Position numbers and translations under genes: made by a program. Under the pieces are notes generated by a model that saw only the letters and a list, made by a program, of their open reading frames with translations, was not told where the DNA came from and searched no databases. From Saccharolobus islandicus REY15A (GTDB taxonomy: Archaea > Thermoproteota > Thermoprotei_A > Sulfolobales > Sulfolobaceae), in the NCBI RefSeq assembly GCF_000189555.1, contig NC_017276.1: 64,000 nt of DNA, one strand, 5' to 3'. Positions 1-10,063 of this stretch are shown here, piece by piece (the first letter of the stretch is position 1; each line of letters opens with the position of its first letter).

Positions 1-265
1 GATATTTCTTTCAGAGATAGTGGCTAACGTTCTAGTATTTCCGCTAATGTTCTTGAGTAATGCCTTCTTCCCTCCTAACGTATATCCGCCGATAGTAAGA
101 ATATTTGTAGAATACCAACCATTATCTGTAATTATAACAATTATACGAGATTTAATAGTATACGGTGTATCGCCAAATCCCATATTAGTCTCCATAGTTT
201 TCTTCTTTACCGTACTCTTCCTTTATGCGGGAGGACGACTTTTAAAGTTAAGAGAAATTGACTAA
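1..265 (+). CDS. ABC-2 type transporter permease, C-terminal part (5'-truncated by the window edge)
   Basis: Hydrophobic ORF with an ABC-2 permease-like C-terminal motif (FPLMFLSNAFFP...YQPLS...IRDL). The frame is open back to the window start. Confidence 0.75.
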   Translation, partial: IFLSEIVANVLVFPLMFLSNAFFPPNVYPPIVRIFVEYQPLSVIITIIRDLIVYGVSPNPILVSIVFFFTVLFLYAGGRLLKLREID

Positions 266-1011
266 AACCAGGGTGGGTTGGTCTTATTAATAAAGCTTAA
301 TAGTCCCTCTCTTGCTTCTTCACTCTGGATTTGTATAATAAGATCATTAAAAGCTTTATCAATGTAATCTCTAAATGGTCTTAGCATATTTCTTTTTATA
401 TATAAAGTTGCAGAAGGTGCAGAAATTGATAGTTCTTTAATCAATTCAAAGGTTGCCTTATCCAAATCGTCATTAACAATGTGTACTAAACCTATAGATT
501 TAGCCTCATTTGCATCAATAACCTCACCTTTCATTGCTATTCTTTTAATGTTATTATAACCTAATATAAAATGGCCAATTGATGAGAGAACCGGGGGAAA
601 TACACCTATTTTTACACCCGGTGTTGCGAACATTGCCTTAGATTCCGATATGACGTAATCTGATAGCAATAGAAGCTCCATAGAAGCTCCATAGGCTATC
701 TTTTTTACTTGGGAAATAACTATTTTATTCATATCTAGCATTTTATGAAATATTTCCCTCATATAGGTGAAGAATGTAATAGCGAATTCATTATCGTTGG
801 AGGCTTTAATTAATTCTCTAATGTCCGCACCTGTACCAAAGTTATCCTCTCCCCTAATAATAAGAAATCTTTTACCCTTATTGTCATTTATTGCTGATAA
901 AGTATCTATCAACTGTGTCATGAACTCAACATTAAATAAATTATATTTATTGTCTTTTGGGTAAAATTTCAACAATATATACTTATCATACTCGTAAACT
1001 TCAATAGGCAT
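262..1011 (-). CDS. Enoyl-CoA hydratase/isomerase (crotonase) family protein
   Basis: Crotonase motifs FGTGADIREL, AYGASMELLLLSD, FATPGVKIGVFP and EAKSIGLV. Confidence 0.9.
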   Translation of the reverse strand: MPIEVYEYDKYILLKFYPKDNKYNLFNVEFMTQLIDTLSAINDNKGKRFLIIRGEDNFGTGADIRELIKASNDNEFAITFFTYMREIFHKMLDMNKIVISQVKKIAYGASMELLLLSDYVISESKAMFATPGVKIGVFPPVLSSIGHFILGYNNIKRIAMKGEVIDANEAKSIGLVHIVNDDLDKATFELIKELSISAPSATLYIKRNMLRPFRDYIDKAFNDLIIQIQSEEAREGLLSFINKTNPPWF

Positions 1012-1044
1012 ATTGAGAGTAAATATAACTTAACAAATAAAAAT

Positions 1045-1440
1045 TTATCGCATAACTTTACTTAACTCATCCAAAATATTTTTCACTTTTCGCTTATCCT
1101 CGTCATTCAATTTCTCTAGATTCTCAACTATGTATCTAGCAGAGAACTCCAATTGTTCTATTGCTTCTTTAACTTTATCCTCCTCTGACATAACTCCGAT
1201 AGCTTTTCTACCCTCTTCTGTCAATTCATAATATTTTTTCCACCCGTCAACTTTACTAATTCTTATTAAACCTTCAGATTCCAGAGCGTCCAATGCAGGA
1301 TACACAGAGCCTGGAGATGGTCTCCACATACCATGGCTTGTCTTCTCAATCTCATCCATAATTTGGGCGCCAGTCATTGTCCCTTTAGATAATACGTACA
1401 ATATAAGCCACTTTAAGCCTCTTCTCCTATGCCAAAACAT
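1045..1440 (-). CDS. PadR family transcriptional regulator
   Basis: PadR signature WRPSPGSVYPALDALESEGLI...KKYYELTEEG. Confidence 0.92.
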   Translation of the reverse strand: MFWHRRRGLKWLILYVLSKGTMTGAQIMDEIEKTSHGMWRPSPGSVYPALDALESEGLIRISKVDGWKKYYELTEEGRKAIGVMSEEDKVKEAIEQLEFSARYIVENLEKLNDEDKRKVKNILDELSKVMR

Positions 1441-1506
1441 TAATATTCATTATTATATTAAAGCTTTTAAAGCTAAAGTACTAAAAATAGAAAAACTCAG
1501 AAAAAA

Positions 1507-1896
1507 TTACAATGGCTTAAACTCCTTTTCAACTAGTTGTGCCATTTTATCTGCACAATCCTTTATATCGCTAAGCATCTTACCTTTAAGCTCAGTATAA
1601 TCTCTAGCCTTGTATAAATATCTTGGTCTTCCAGCCTTGTTCCCTGGCTCCTTTATTCTCATTACTAATCCCATCTCAAGTAACTTGTTTAAACTTCTAT
1701 TAATTGAAGCTTTAGAAAGCTTAAGATCACTTTCCAACTCTTCAGTACCTCTAGCATCGCCTTTCATTAAGGCTAATAATACTGTGACATCAGTTTCCGA
1801 TAGACCATAGCAAAATGACAAAATATCCACTAGACCAGCATCCTTTCCAGATGGTAGCTTTATTCTAGTTCCCTCACTTAATTGGGTTTCCGACAT
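1507..1896 (-). CDS. sta1: Lrs14-family winged-helix DNA-binding protein, probably Sta1 (SSO0048 orthologue)
   Basis: Lrs14/TrmB-like wHTH (YGLSETD...LSKASINRSLNKLLEMGLV...GRPRYLY). The 129-aa length and position next to dox match my recollection of SSO0048. Confidence 0.75.
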   Translation of the reverse strand: MSETQLSEGTRIKLPSGKDAGLVDILSFCYGLSETDVTVLLALMKGDARGTEELESDLKLSKASINRSLNKLLEMGLVMRIKEPGNKAGRPRYLYKARDYTELKGKMLSDIKDCADKMAQLVEKEFKPL

Positions 1897-2144
1897 TTAT
1901 CTCACTAATAAAGAATCTAACAAGTCACATATAAAAATTTTTTCCAATCATAGTAAGGTAACTATTGAATCTATAAACCTCTAATGCAAGTATTATACAA
2001 AAATAATTAGTATTAAGTATTACTAATATATTTTGGATATAAAGCATTACTACATCATTCTCACTTATGTACTAGTATCTATTATTTACAGATATGGGTA
2101 AGATTTATATATTAGATTAGTAATAGAGTATTATGGTGAATAGA

Positions 2145-2309
2145 ATGGCAGTAGAAGAAATAGTAAAAGTATCAAGAAACTATCAAGTAACAATTCCAGC
2201 AAAAGTAAGACAGAAGTTTCAAATTAAGGAAGGAGATTTAGTTAAAGTAACCTACGATGAAAGTGAGGGAGTAGTAAAAATACAGTTACTGAAGGAGCCT
2301 TGGAAGTAG
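2145..2309 (+). CDS. sso7c4: AbrB/SpoVT-type small DNA-binding protein Sso7c4 (54 aa; not in the ORF track)
   Basis: Manual translation gives MAVEEIVKVSRNYQVTIPAKVRQKFQIKEGDLVKVTYDESEGVVKIQLLKEPWK*. It carries the AbrB motif (QVTIPAKVR...IKEGD) and GGTGA lies upstream of the ATG. Confidence 0.92.
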   Translation: MAVEEIVKVSRNYQVTIPAKVRQKFQIKEGDLVKVTYDESEGVVKIQLLKEPWK

Positions 2310-2338
2310 TTTTTTAAATCTTTTTTCTCTTTTTCCTT
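2310..2338 (+). terminator. Oligo-T (pyrimidine-rich) archaeal terminator after sso7c4
   Basis: T-tracts (ttttttaaatcttttttctcttttttcc) immediately follow the stop codon. Confidence 0.55.
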
Positions 2339-2340
2339 TA

Positions 2341-3087
2341 ATGTTAGTGGATTCTCACGCTCATATAGATGTTAGAGACTTTGATGCGGATAGGGATTTT
2401 ATAGTAAATGAATGTGAAATTCTAATAGTAAACGCTGGTGTTGATCTCCAAAGCAATTTAAAAACGCTTAAATTAGCTAGAAAATATAACAATATTATTC
2501 CGGCAATAGGCTTTCATCCTGAGTTTGTGAAAGATAAGATAAATGAGGTAGATAAGTGCGTGGAGTTAACAAGATACGCAAATATAATAAGTGAGGTTGG
2601 TTTAGATTACTTTTGGATAAAGGAGAACGAACTCAAAAGAAAACAAATTGAAATTCTAGAGAGATTCTTGCAAATAGCTGAGATAGAAGAAAAGCCAGTA
2701 ATAATCCATATAAGGGGAGGAATGAAAGATTTCTTGGAGATGATTACCTCATTCAGAAAAGTTAAATTTGTAATACATAGTTTTGAGGGAAGTATAAAGA
2801 TAGCTGATAAGGTAATTGAACTTGGTGGATTAATATCAATTCCCCCAATAATAGTGAGGGATAAGGATAGACAGAGAGTGGTTAAGGAGATACCTTTAGA
2901 TTTTATTCTTACAGAAACTGATTCACCGTTTATGGGTCCAGAAAAAATGAGTAGAAATAAACCTTGTAATGTAAAGTTTGCTATAAAGCAAATTAGTCAA
3001 TTAAAAAGAGTAGAAGAAGATGAAGTTGAGGAAAAAATATACAAGAATTTCCTCGCTTTAGTTTCTAGTCGTCTTACAACAAGCTAG
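2341..3087 (+). CDS. tatD: TatD family metal-dependent nuclease
   Basis: Motifs DSHAH, IGFHPE, SEVGLDY, VIIHIR, IHSF and LTETDSPF. Confidence 0.92.
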   Translation: MLVDSHAHIDVRDFDADRDFIVNECEILIVNAGVDLQSNLKTLKLARKYNNIIPAIGFHPEFVKDKINEVDKCVELTRYANIISEVGLDYFWIKENELKRKQIEILERFLQIAEIEEKPVIIHIRGGMKDFLEMITSFRKVKFVIHSFEGSIKIADKVIELGGLISIPPIIVRDKDRQRVVKEIPLDFILTETDSPFMGPEKMSRNKPCNVKFAIKQISQLKRVEEDEVEEKIYKNFLALVSSRLTTS

Positions 3088-3252
3088 CAAAAACATGGAT
3101 ATTATAAAACCTAATGTTGGGATGTAGTATCTGGGTTCTGGTGCAAGCCATGCCAACATTGAGGATGAGAATATTGCCATTAACAACATCGTAAGTGAAA
3201 GACCTAATATTAAAATTCCGCTTATTGCCATTGGTTTATCTATTCTTTCCAT
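3058..3252 (-). CDS. Small two-TM membrane protein, possibly a DoxF-like small oxidase subunit
   Basis: 64 aa with two hydrophobic segments, co-oriented downstream of doxBCE. Confidence 0.5.
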   Translation of the reverse strand: MERIDKPMAISGILILGLSLTMLLMAIFSSSMLAWLAPEPRYYIPTLGFIISMFLLACCKTTRN

Positions 3253-3348
3253 TACATCTCACTAATATATACTAACTTAATTTAGCTTAAAAAGTTTTAC
3301 TCTATATGAGAAAAATCAAAAATAATTAAAAAAAGAGATTACCTTCAC

Positions 3349-3549
3349 TTACTTATGTTCATCTTCTGGTGCAAAATAGACAAACAAGAAGAATGATATG
3401 AACCCTATGAACGCACCGATCGTGAATGGTAAAATATAGCTAACAGCAGCTGCATGTAGAGTCTCCATGGTTAATTCCCAAACTAGTAACCCTATAGCCA
3501 AAATATAGGCTATACCTAATAATTTAAAGAAACTTACCACGATCCTCAC
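3349..3549 (-). CDS. doxE: Small subunit of the Dox quinol oxidase (DoxE)
   Basis: 66 aa with two TM segments. Its start overlaps the doxC stop, and it is third in doxB-doxC-doxE order. Confidence 0.7.
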   Translation of the reverse strand: MRIVVSFFKLLGIAYILAIGLLVWELTMETLHAAAVSYILPFTIGAFIGFISFFLFVYFAPEDEHK

Positions 3550-4604
3550 CCTTGTTCAACTAGTATTGCACCCCATAATCCCATTACATATCCAGTTTGT
3601 TCCCCGGTTAATGTGGTTGACATTTTCATAAAGTTATAATTATAGTAAACAGGTGTTATTAGACCATATAGATATGCTGGTGCAGTAGCAGTAAAGGTGA
3701 AAGTAATGGTCTTATCGTATTGTATTGGTACCTCTTTAACCAGAGTTATACTTCCATTCCACCAAACAGCATATATTCCCACATAAACGTCAGTAACTGG
3801 GTATGAAGTACCAGTGGTTGAATAATTGTACAAGAAGTTATGATCATTATTAGGGGTTGGTATGTACATGTTTACAGTAACATTGGAGCTAGCTAATACT
3901 ATAGCCGTCGGGCCTGGAACAGAGTTATTGAACATTGCGTAGTTATTGGCAACAAGAGTTATGGTTGGGCTCGTTGTAGTATTATATACAACTATAGGAG
4001 GATTGTACGGATCACCAACTAATGTACTTGTCTGTGCTAAATGAGTTTGTGTAATGTATTTATTGATATCAGTTGGGTTCATATATCCTTGATAGGGTAG
4101 TACTAGTAACAGTCCATCTTGATAGCTAAACCAAGGGCCATTATATTCACCGTTTAGGAAAGCAAAAGCACCAGTAATATTAGGAACTACTATTGGCGCG
4201 TATTGAACTATGCCAGGAACTACTTGGACATCATCGACATGTGTAGCGTAATCTGGAAAATAGAAATCAGTAGTGGCCATATGTGGTGCAGCGTACATAG
4301 TCAAGTTAATATATTGTCCAGGATGAGCCACCATTATGTTGTAATAAAACGGACTTCCTACTTCGTTAGAGGTAATACCACCACCATTCTCCTTTATTGC
4401 AAAATAGTACTGGTAGGCGTATAAAGTACCTTGTACGATCTTACCTTCATTGACCGCACTGGTAGGAATTATGACACCAGCTTGAACAGAAGTTGAATCA
4501 CCTCCAATAGTATATACTGCAGGTGCAGTAGCGTATATCACTATTGCGAATAATACAATTACATATATAACCCAATAGAGTTCGAATTTCTCCTTCTTAT
4601 CCAC
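3546..4604 (-). CDS. doxC: Dox terminal oxidase subunit DoxC (subunit II-like, no CuA)
   Basis: N-terminal TM anchor, beta-rich extracytoplasmic region, degenerate CuA-loop motif [12 protein letters not shown], directly downstream of doxB. Confidence 0.8.
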   Translation of the reverse strand: MDKKEKFELYWVIYVIVLFAIVIYATAPAVYTIGGDSTSVQAGVIIPTSAVNEGKIVQGTLYAYQYYFAIKENGGGITSNEVGSPFYYNIMVAHPGQYINLTMYAAPHMATTDFYFPDYATHVDDVQVVPGIVQYAPIVVPNITGAFAFLNGEYNGPWFSYQDGLLLVLPYQGYMNPTDINKYITQTHLAQTSTLVGDPYNPPIVVYNTTTSPTITLVANNYAMFNNSVPGPTAIVLASSNVTVNMYIPTPNNDHNFLYNYSTTGTSYPVTDVYVGIYAVWWNGSITLVKEVPIQYDKTITFTFTATAPAYLYGLITPVYYNYNFMKMSTTLTGEQTGYVMGLWGAILVEQG

Positions 4605-4614
4605 TTAAACCACC

Positions 4615-6393
4615 TCATATTGACTTCATACCTTTAAGAGAACCAATAGCTGAAAAAACAATTCCAATTGTTAAAATGGTAATCCAAATCCAGGTTTGCG
4701 TAGTATACGCATCACCCGCAAAAGCTAGTATAAAAGCACTAATTATTATCAATATTGCACCTACAACTGCCAATGCTATCATGGATCCTAGACCTTTTTT
4801 ACTAGCATTATGAGCTTTTATGAACTGTAATATAGGGGTGAAGGGAACTGATGATGGCCACTCCAAACTCATAGCTACAGCACCAGCAACTTGAGGTAAT
4901 GATAGTCCTTCCAGCCTAACTAGTCTTCCTTTAACTAACGTTAACACCAGATTTAAGAACCAAACTAAAGTAGCTAAATCAGCTATGATGGCACCAACAG
5001 TCGCAATAACCTCAGCATCTATGAGTCCAGGCACTCTAGGATAAACCTCAGCTCTCCTAACTATACCATAGAATCCTACTAGCTCAAATCCTACAATTAG
5101 GAGAGTAGTCCCTATCATATAACCAATGTAATGAACCCATGCCATTACCTTTGAAAACCACATTCTTCCACTCATCATGGTTATCATAATATATAATACA
5201 GCCCACGCTGCAGGCACTATAGAGAATAATATCATCGCGTGGAAATGTCCAACAATCCAATCCGTGTTATGAACGATTGCGTCAAAACTTATAGTCGCAT
5301 TAGATATACCAGTAACACCAGCAGCTATTGCACCAGCAAACGAGGTTACAGTCCAGGCAGTTATAATGTTCCAATTTACGTTTGTGCCTTTAGCAGTAGC
5401 CCATAGGTTAAAGAACGTCATCATAGATGGTATAACTACAGAATATGTTAGAACTTCTTGGAGGAACTTTAATGTTATAGGGAGATTGACCATGTATAAG
5501 TGATGAATAGGAACATTGTTAGAGAATATTAAGTATAATAGTGCAGATATTCTTCCCATTCTATCACTATATAGTGGTTTATTAGCTAACATAGGTATCA
5601 GTAGATAAAGGGCACCAACAGCCGGAACCCAAGCCATATACACTACGGCGTGACCAAATATCCAAAACGCTATCTGATTCGCTATTGGATCTAATCCTAC
5701 TATGTGATAAAATGCCAAAACATCCCATACATCAGCTGCAGTAACACCAGAATACCCTATCATGAACATTAAGGTAACCATTAGGAAGTAAACTAGAGGA
5801 ACTGGAAGTTTTTCTTTCATATTTTTACTAGCTAAATAGTAGTGATATACTATCCAGAAACCTCCTATATAAGTGAAGGCATCCAGTAATATCCAGCCCC
5901 AGAAGAATAATGGACTTACCACATACTGAGAATAACCCGGAATTCCTAGAGGCGATATATAGTACCATATTGTAGCTGAGAAGTAATTATCAAAACCCGC
6001 TGCCGGTACAATTAGAATAGGCCCTTCCATAAACATCATTGAAAGGTTAACTGCAATAAACCCAAGGTTAAGCATCCACTTGGCTCTTGGCTCTATGTTT
6101 AAAAGTTTTATAGTAAAATAAATAAATATTGCATAAATAATTTGTTGGGCAAAACCAAATAGATCCCTTTCAGCATGTAATGTTATACCGGCAAAATATT
6201 CTTGAGGTGTTAGAGGTAATACAGCTGAAAGGCCCCAAGATGCTTCAACTAATCTAACCATTAAGGAATCAATAACACCTAATAAACCCCATATAATACC
6301 TAAAACTAACATTCCCATAACAATTCTTGTAGTCCAATCTTTGTCAAGTTGGAAAAGATCTACAATAACATCCTTTAATCCCATATCACTCAA
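4615..6393 (-). CDS. doxB: Haem-copper oxidase subunit I (DoxB)
   Basis: Multi-TM protein with the ligand motifs LHAE, FGHAVVY (His-x3-Tyr), IHHLY and GHFH. Confidence 0.93.
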   Translation of the reverse strand: MSDMGLKDVIVDLFQLDKDWTTRIVMGMLVLGIIWGLLGVIDSLMVRLVEASWGLSAVLPLTPQEYFAGITLHAERDLFGFAQQIIYAIFIYFTIKLLNIEPRAKWMLNLGFIAVNLSMMFMEGPILIVPAAGFDNYFSATIWYYISPLGIPGYSQYVVSPLFFWGWILLDAFTYIGGFWIVYHYYLASKNMKEKLPVPLVYFLMVTLMFMIGYSGVTAADVWDVLAFYHIVGLDPIANQIAFWIFGHAVVYMAWVPAVGALYLLIPMLANKPLYSDRMGRISALLYLIFSNNVPIHHLYMVNLPITLKFLQEVLTYSVVIPSMMTFFNLWATAKGTNVNWNIITAWTVTSFAGAIAAGVTGISNATISFDAIVHNTDWIVGHFHAMILFSIVPAAWAVLYIMITMMSGRMWFSKVMAWVHYIGYMIGTTLLIVGFELVGFYGIVRRAEVYPRVPGLIDAEVIATVGAIIADLATLVWFLNLVLTLVKGRLVRLEGLSLPQVAGAVAMSLEWPSSVPFTPILQFIKAHNASKKGLGSMIALAVVGAILIIISAFILAFAGDAYTTQTWIWITILTIGIVFSAIGSLKGMKSI

Positions 6394-6939
6394 CTCTAAC
6401 TATTAAAAGGTTCTTCTTAACTTAAATATTTTTCTTATAAACTCTTTATCGGGTTATTTTAACAAGGTTTGTAACTATCTCAGTTTATTAGGTTAATTTA
6501 GCTTATTCTATATTATATGAAAAAAGAATCAACTTACGCTAATACCTTAAAGATAGACACTTATTTTACAATGATATAGGCCAAAAGCTTTCATATTTAG
6601 GATGGGAAAGAAATCAGAATATTAAGATAGACATTACTTTTTGAAGTGAGGAGAGAATCAATAATCCTTAAGGAGGAAGTTATTTTTAGTAACATATTAG
6701 TGAATAGGTAAAGGGGTTTTATGCCCATATTTGGTTGTTTTAATATATGATTATACTTCATTAAACTTTTAAAGCAAAGGTCAGCACGACTTTTCCGAGC
6801 AAGTTATGAAGCTCAAATTAGAAGTATTAGCTAGCTTTACCTTTGCCCTTACGGTCTAAAGGAGTATACAAACAAGTTGATAACTTCCATGGACTAACGG
6901 AAGCTATTGACTACGGCTAATAATAGTTAAAAATATTAT

Positions 6940-7536
6940 ATGCCAAGATACTATTTATTTTCTATGCAGGATGAAAGTGAAAGAGAATATGTTTTAAAAC
7001 GACTTAAGGAAGCAGCAGATATTTTTGTATCTAATGAAAGGGCCTATCTTCTTGTTCCAGAAATTAGAACTAACATTGGATACGCAGTATCTAATGCAGC
7101 TAATGTTAATGATGTTGCGGCAATTCCGGGCAGGTTAACTGTGGCTTTTAAAAAGGTAATATACTGTATGCTACCAGCTTTTGGAGCATCTGACCATGTT
7201 GCAAGGATAATCCTCACTGTAATGAAATATGACAAGAATCTTAGAAGTGCAATAAATTTAAAGTACTATACAGAAGTTATTGAGAAGCTTCCATCTCAAG
7301 ATATTTGTATATTTAACAGATCTTCTGAGCCTAAAGAGGTAAAATATAGAGAACACAGTACTATGAACTTTATGGTCGAGTCTTGTTTTCGTAAATTATC
7401 CAAGGTACCTACTTATATCGTGGATCTAGGTGACTTTGGTAAAGAGCCTTCACTCTTCATTCTAGATAAAGATCCAGTTATCGTAGTAAATAAATCTCTA
7501 GAATTAGTCAAATACATTTCACAAGATATCCCTTAG
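6940..7536 (+). CDS. thiN: Stand-alone ThiN-type thiamine-phosphate synthase
   Basis: ThiN motifs LVPEIRTNIGYA, DVAAIPGRL, FGASDHVAR and DLGDFGKEP. Confidence 0.82.
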   Translation: MPRYYLFSMQDESEREYVLKRLKEAADIFVSNERAYLLVPEIRTNIGYAVSNAANVNDVAAIPGRLTVAFKKVIYCMLPAFGASDHVARIILTVMKYDKNLRSAINLKYYTEVIEKLPSQDICIFNRSSEPKEVKYREHSTMNFMVESCFRKLSKVPTYIVDLGDFGKEPSLFILDKDPVIVVNKSLELVKYISQDIP

Positions 7537-7965
7537 CTCGTTCCTACAATTTCTTAAGTGCTGTATAATCTTTTGTATATTATTTTCATCTATTTTTGAT
7601 CTGTTATTATACAAATAAAATGCAATTTGTAATAATTCTTGCAATATTTGCCTTGAGAATTTGGCATTATCGCCAAGAAGTTTAAGTGATTTGTTCTTGA
7701 TCTCTTCCAGTTCTTTTTTACCTTTATCTGTTATAATGTAGATCTTCTTTCCATTTTCAACTTTCACTTCTACTAAGTCTTTTTCCACTAAGCCCTTTAA
7801 GACTGGATATATAGATCCGGTGCTAGGCCTATAAGAACCTTCGAATTTCTTCTCTATACTTTTTATAATCTCATATGTTCTCATTGGTTTCTCATTTAGG
7901 CACTCCAATACCAAGTATTTCAGAGCACCTTTTTTTAGCCTTTGAAAGCCAAACTTTGAGATCAC
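7519..7965 (-). CDS. PadR family transcriptional regulator
   Basis: YRPSTGSIYPVLKGL...KKIYIITDKG. Confidence 0.9.
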   Translation of the reverse strand: MISKFGFQRLKKGALKYLVLECLNEKPMRTYEIIKSIEKKFEGSYRPSTGSIYPVLKGLVEKDLVEVKVENGKKIYIITDKGKKELEEIKNKSLKLLGDNAKFSRQILQELLQIAFYLYNNRSKIDENNIQKIIQHLRNCRNELRDIL

Positions 7966-8014
7966 ATGTAAAAATATTGAAACAAAAAATTAATATTTAA
8001 TTGCACTACACAAA

Positions 8015-9739
8015 TTAAGGATAATAGACGTTCTCAGGGATCATTATAATAAATGGTAAATCGTATTCGATCTGTGAGTTAATAGCTCTGAAGTACTGAT
8101 ATATTGCAGTCTCAGTGTATTGATTATAATTTTGTGGAATTACCATATATTCATAATTAGCACTAACTACTGGATATCCCAATGGTAAGTATCCTTCGTT
8201 ACTTGAATTAATTAGTGTCCCAGCTACGTAATCCTTAACTACAGTAAGTGGGGGTCCACCATTTAACCCTACATAATTATGTGTAACTGAGTATTTTTCA
8301 GCTAAAGAGTATGCGACATATCCAAAGTTTGGGTATATAAACTCTCCATAATCTCTTAGAGCTACGCTTATTTGTGAGTTAGGTGTAATAGAGATAATTA
8401 GGTTAACGTTATTGGGATTTATTTGAGGATTAAAAAAGTACCAAAAGTAAGTATAATTCATAACATTAGGTATTGGAGTGCCGCTAGAGTTATAATCTAA
8501 GTTGCCACCGCTTATCATCATTTCAACACTTACTAAACTCTCTTCAGTAATATTTGAACTATTCAAGTATTCATTACCTCCTTGCAATGGTATTATACTA
8601 GCTGAGGGTGGAATTACACCAGATTCATTAAATACTGTATAGGAAGCATTTATCATCACCCCAGAATATAAGGTATAATTATTGTATCCCGGAATTGGTA
8701 CATCACTTATTGATGTACCAATTAAAGGGCTCCATAGACCAAACTCAGCAGAACCATAATCTATTTTAGATGCTATAAGATAACCTAGAAATTTATAGCC
8801 TAGTAGCTGTATTTCACCTTGGTAGCTTTTTATTATATAATTGTTTTCTTTCATGAAGTAAATCATATTATATGTTACGTAACTTAGCGTTACATAATAT
8901 GTGGCGCCATCAACCCATGTTGAATACTTAAATGTTGCGTTGTAGACTGGTACAAGATAATCTACTTGATATGAGATACCGAATTCTAAAGGCAAATAAT
9001 AGGAGAATTGTGGTGAGTTCTTCGTGTAATAGATTCCCGGTGTAGCTCCTTGAAGGACTCCCACAAAGACTTGATTAGCATAAGGAATTGCTATGTCAAA
9101 GTATTGGAATCCTGAAGTCAGATTGACTACAATTGGAATTGAACTATTTTCTGGAGTAAATATTATTGAGTTTTGAATCCCATATGGTGTATATGAGGCT
9201 GGGCTTTCCGATAATAGGTTCCAATTTGCGGGATCTAGATTTTTACCATATAGGGGTGGAGTAATGAGATAACTTAAGTTTATTTTTCCTTGATTTATCG
9301 TATAACTATATGGTTCGTATATTCTAATTTCTCCTAATGCTGTAATATTAGGATCTATTAGTCTATCGTTTGCAGAAATATTATACCAATTCCCATCATT
9401 AAGTACTACTATGCTCCATGGATAGCCAGCAAAGTTAATATATACACCATTCTGCGTAATCGGAATATTCGTATGGACCACTTGTCCATTAGGGTATATT
9501 ATATATGTTATTGTTAAATGGGACGCACTACTTGAAAATATCATTGGTCCTTGATAAGTGGGAACTACGGATATAGGTGTGTTTTGAAGTTCTTTATGTA
9601 TTTGCGAGTATGCTATACTAGACATTTTCGCATTTAATGAAGTTAGGTAAAGAATTAATCCTGCCGACAACACTACTATTTGTATTATTATAATTGCACC
9701 TAAGATTGACGATATTCCCTTTTTCATGTTAAAAATCAA
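8015..9739 (-). CDS. Large secreted protein with a class III (prepilin/archaellin-type) signal peptide
   Basis: N-terminus MKKG|ISSILGAIIIIQIVVL fits the PibD cleavage pattern. The remainder is a Tyr/Asn/Ser-rich beta-type region with many N-x-S/T sequons. Confidence 0.75.
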   Translation of the reverse strand: MIFNMKKGISSILGAIIIIQIVVLSAGLILYLTSLNAKMSSIAYSQIHKELQNTPISVVPTYQGPMIFSSSASHLTITYIIYPNGQVVHTNIPITQNGVYINFAGYPWSIVVLNDGNWYNISANDRLIDPNITALGEIRIYEPYSYTINQGKINLSYLITPPLYGKNLDPANWNLLSESPASYTPYGIQNSIIFTPENSSIPIVVNLTSGFQYFDIAIPYANQVFVGVLQGATPGIYYTKNSPQFSYYLPLEFGISYQVDYLVPVYNATFKYSTWVDGATYYVTLSYVTYNMIYFMKENNYIIKSYQGEIQLLGYKFLGYLIASKIDYGSAEFGLWSPLIGTSISDVPIPGYNNYTLYSGVMINASYTVFNESGVIPPSASIIPLQGGNEYLNSSNITEESLVSVEMMISGGNLDYNSSGTPIPNVMNYTYFWYFFNPQINPNNVNLIISITPNSQISVALRDYGEFIYPNFGYVAYSLAEKYSVTHNYVGLNGGPPLTVVKDYVAGTLINSSNEGYLPLGYPVVSANYEYMVIPQNYNQYTETAIYQYFRAINSQIEYDLPFIIMIPENVYYP

Positions 9740-10063
9740 TTTTTAAGAGAAGGGAGTCTATTTTGAAACTACCGATGTGGATTTAATTTGAATAAAATTT
9801 GCCTTTTTCGATAACATAGTTTACTATATTATCATTAAGTATTTTATATGCACTAATTACCATGTTGGATATCCCAGTTATGATAGATTTCTCATCCCTA
9901 AGCAATAATTTAAATTCTGTGGATCTAAAATTTTTCATATATTCTAGATATTCTAATTTCTGCTTTATTACTACTAATTTCATAGAGAAAGTTATTCTCT
10001 ATATATACTGACGTGATTTGATATTTAAGTAAATTTTCGGTTACTTAATTTTTCCCTCTTTGT

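Noticed and set aside
6394-6939. TPP riboswitch upstream of thiN
   Set aside because: The conserved CUGAGA and other TPP-aptamer segments were not found in the expected arrangement.
9783-9983. 66-aa ORF upstream of the pilin-like gene as a real gene
   Set aside because: It lies beside the IS insertion among frames with many stops and has no motif; more likely part of a decayed gene or spurious.
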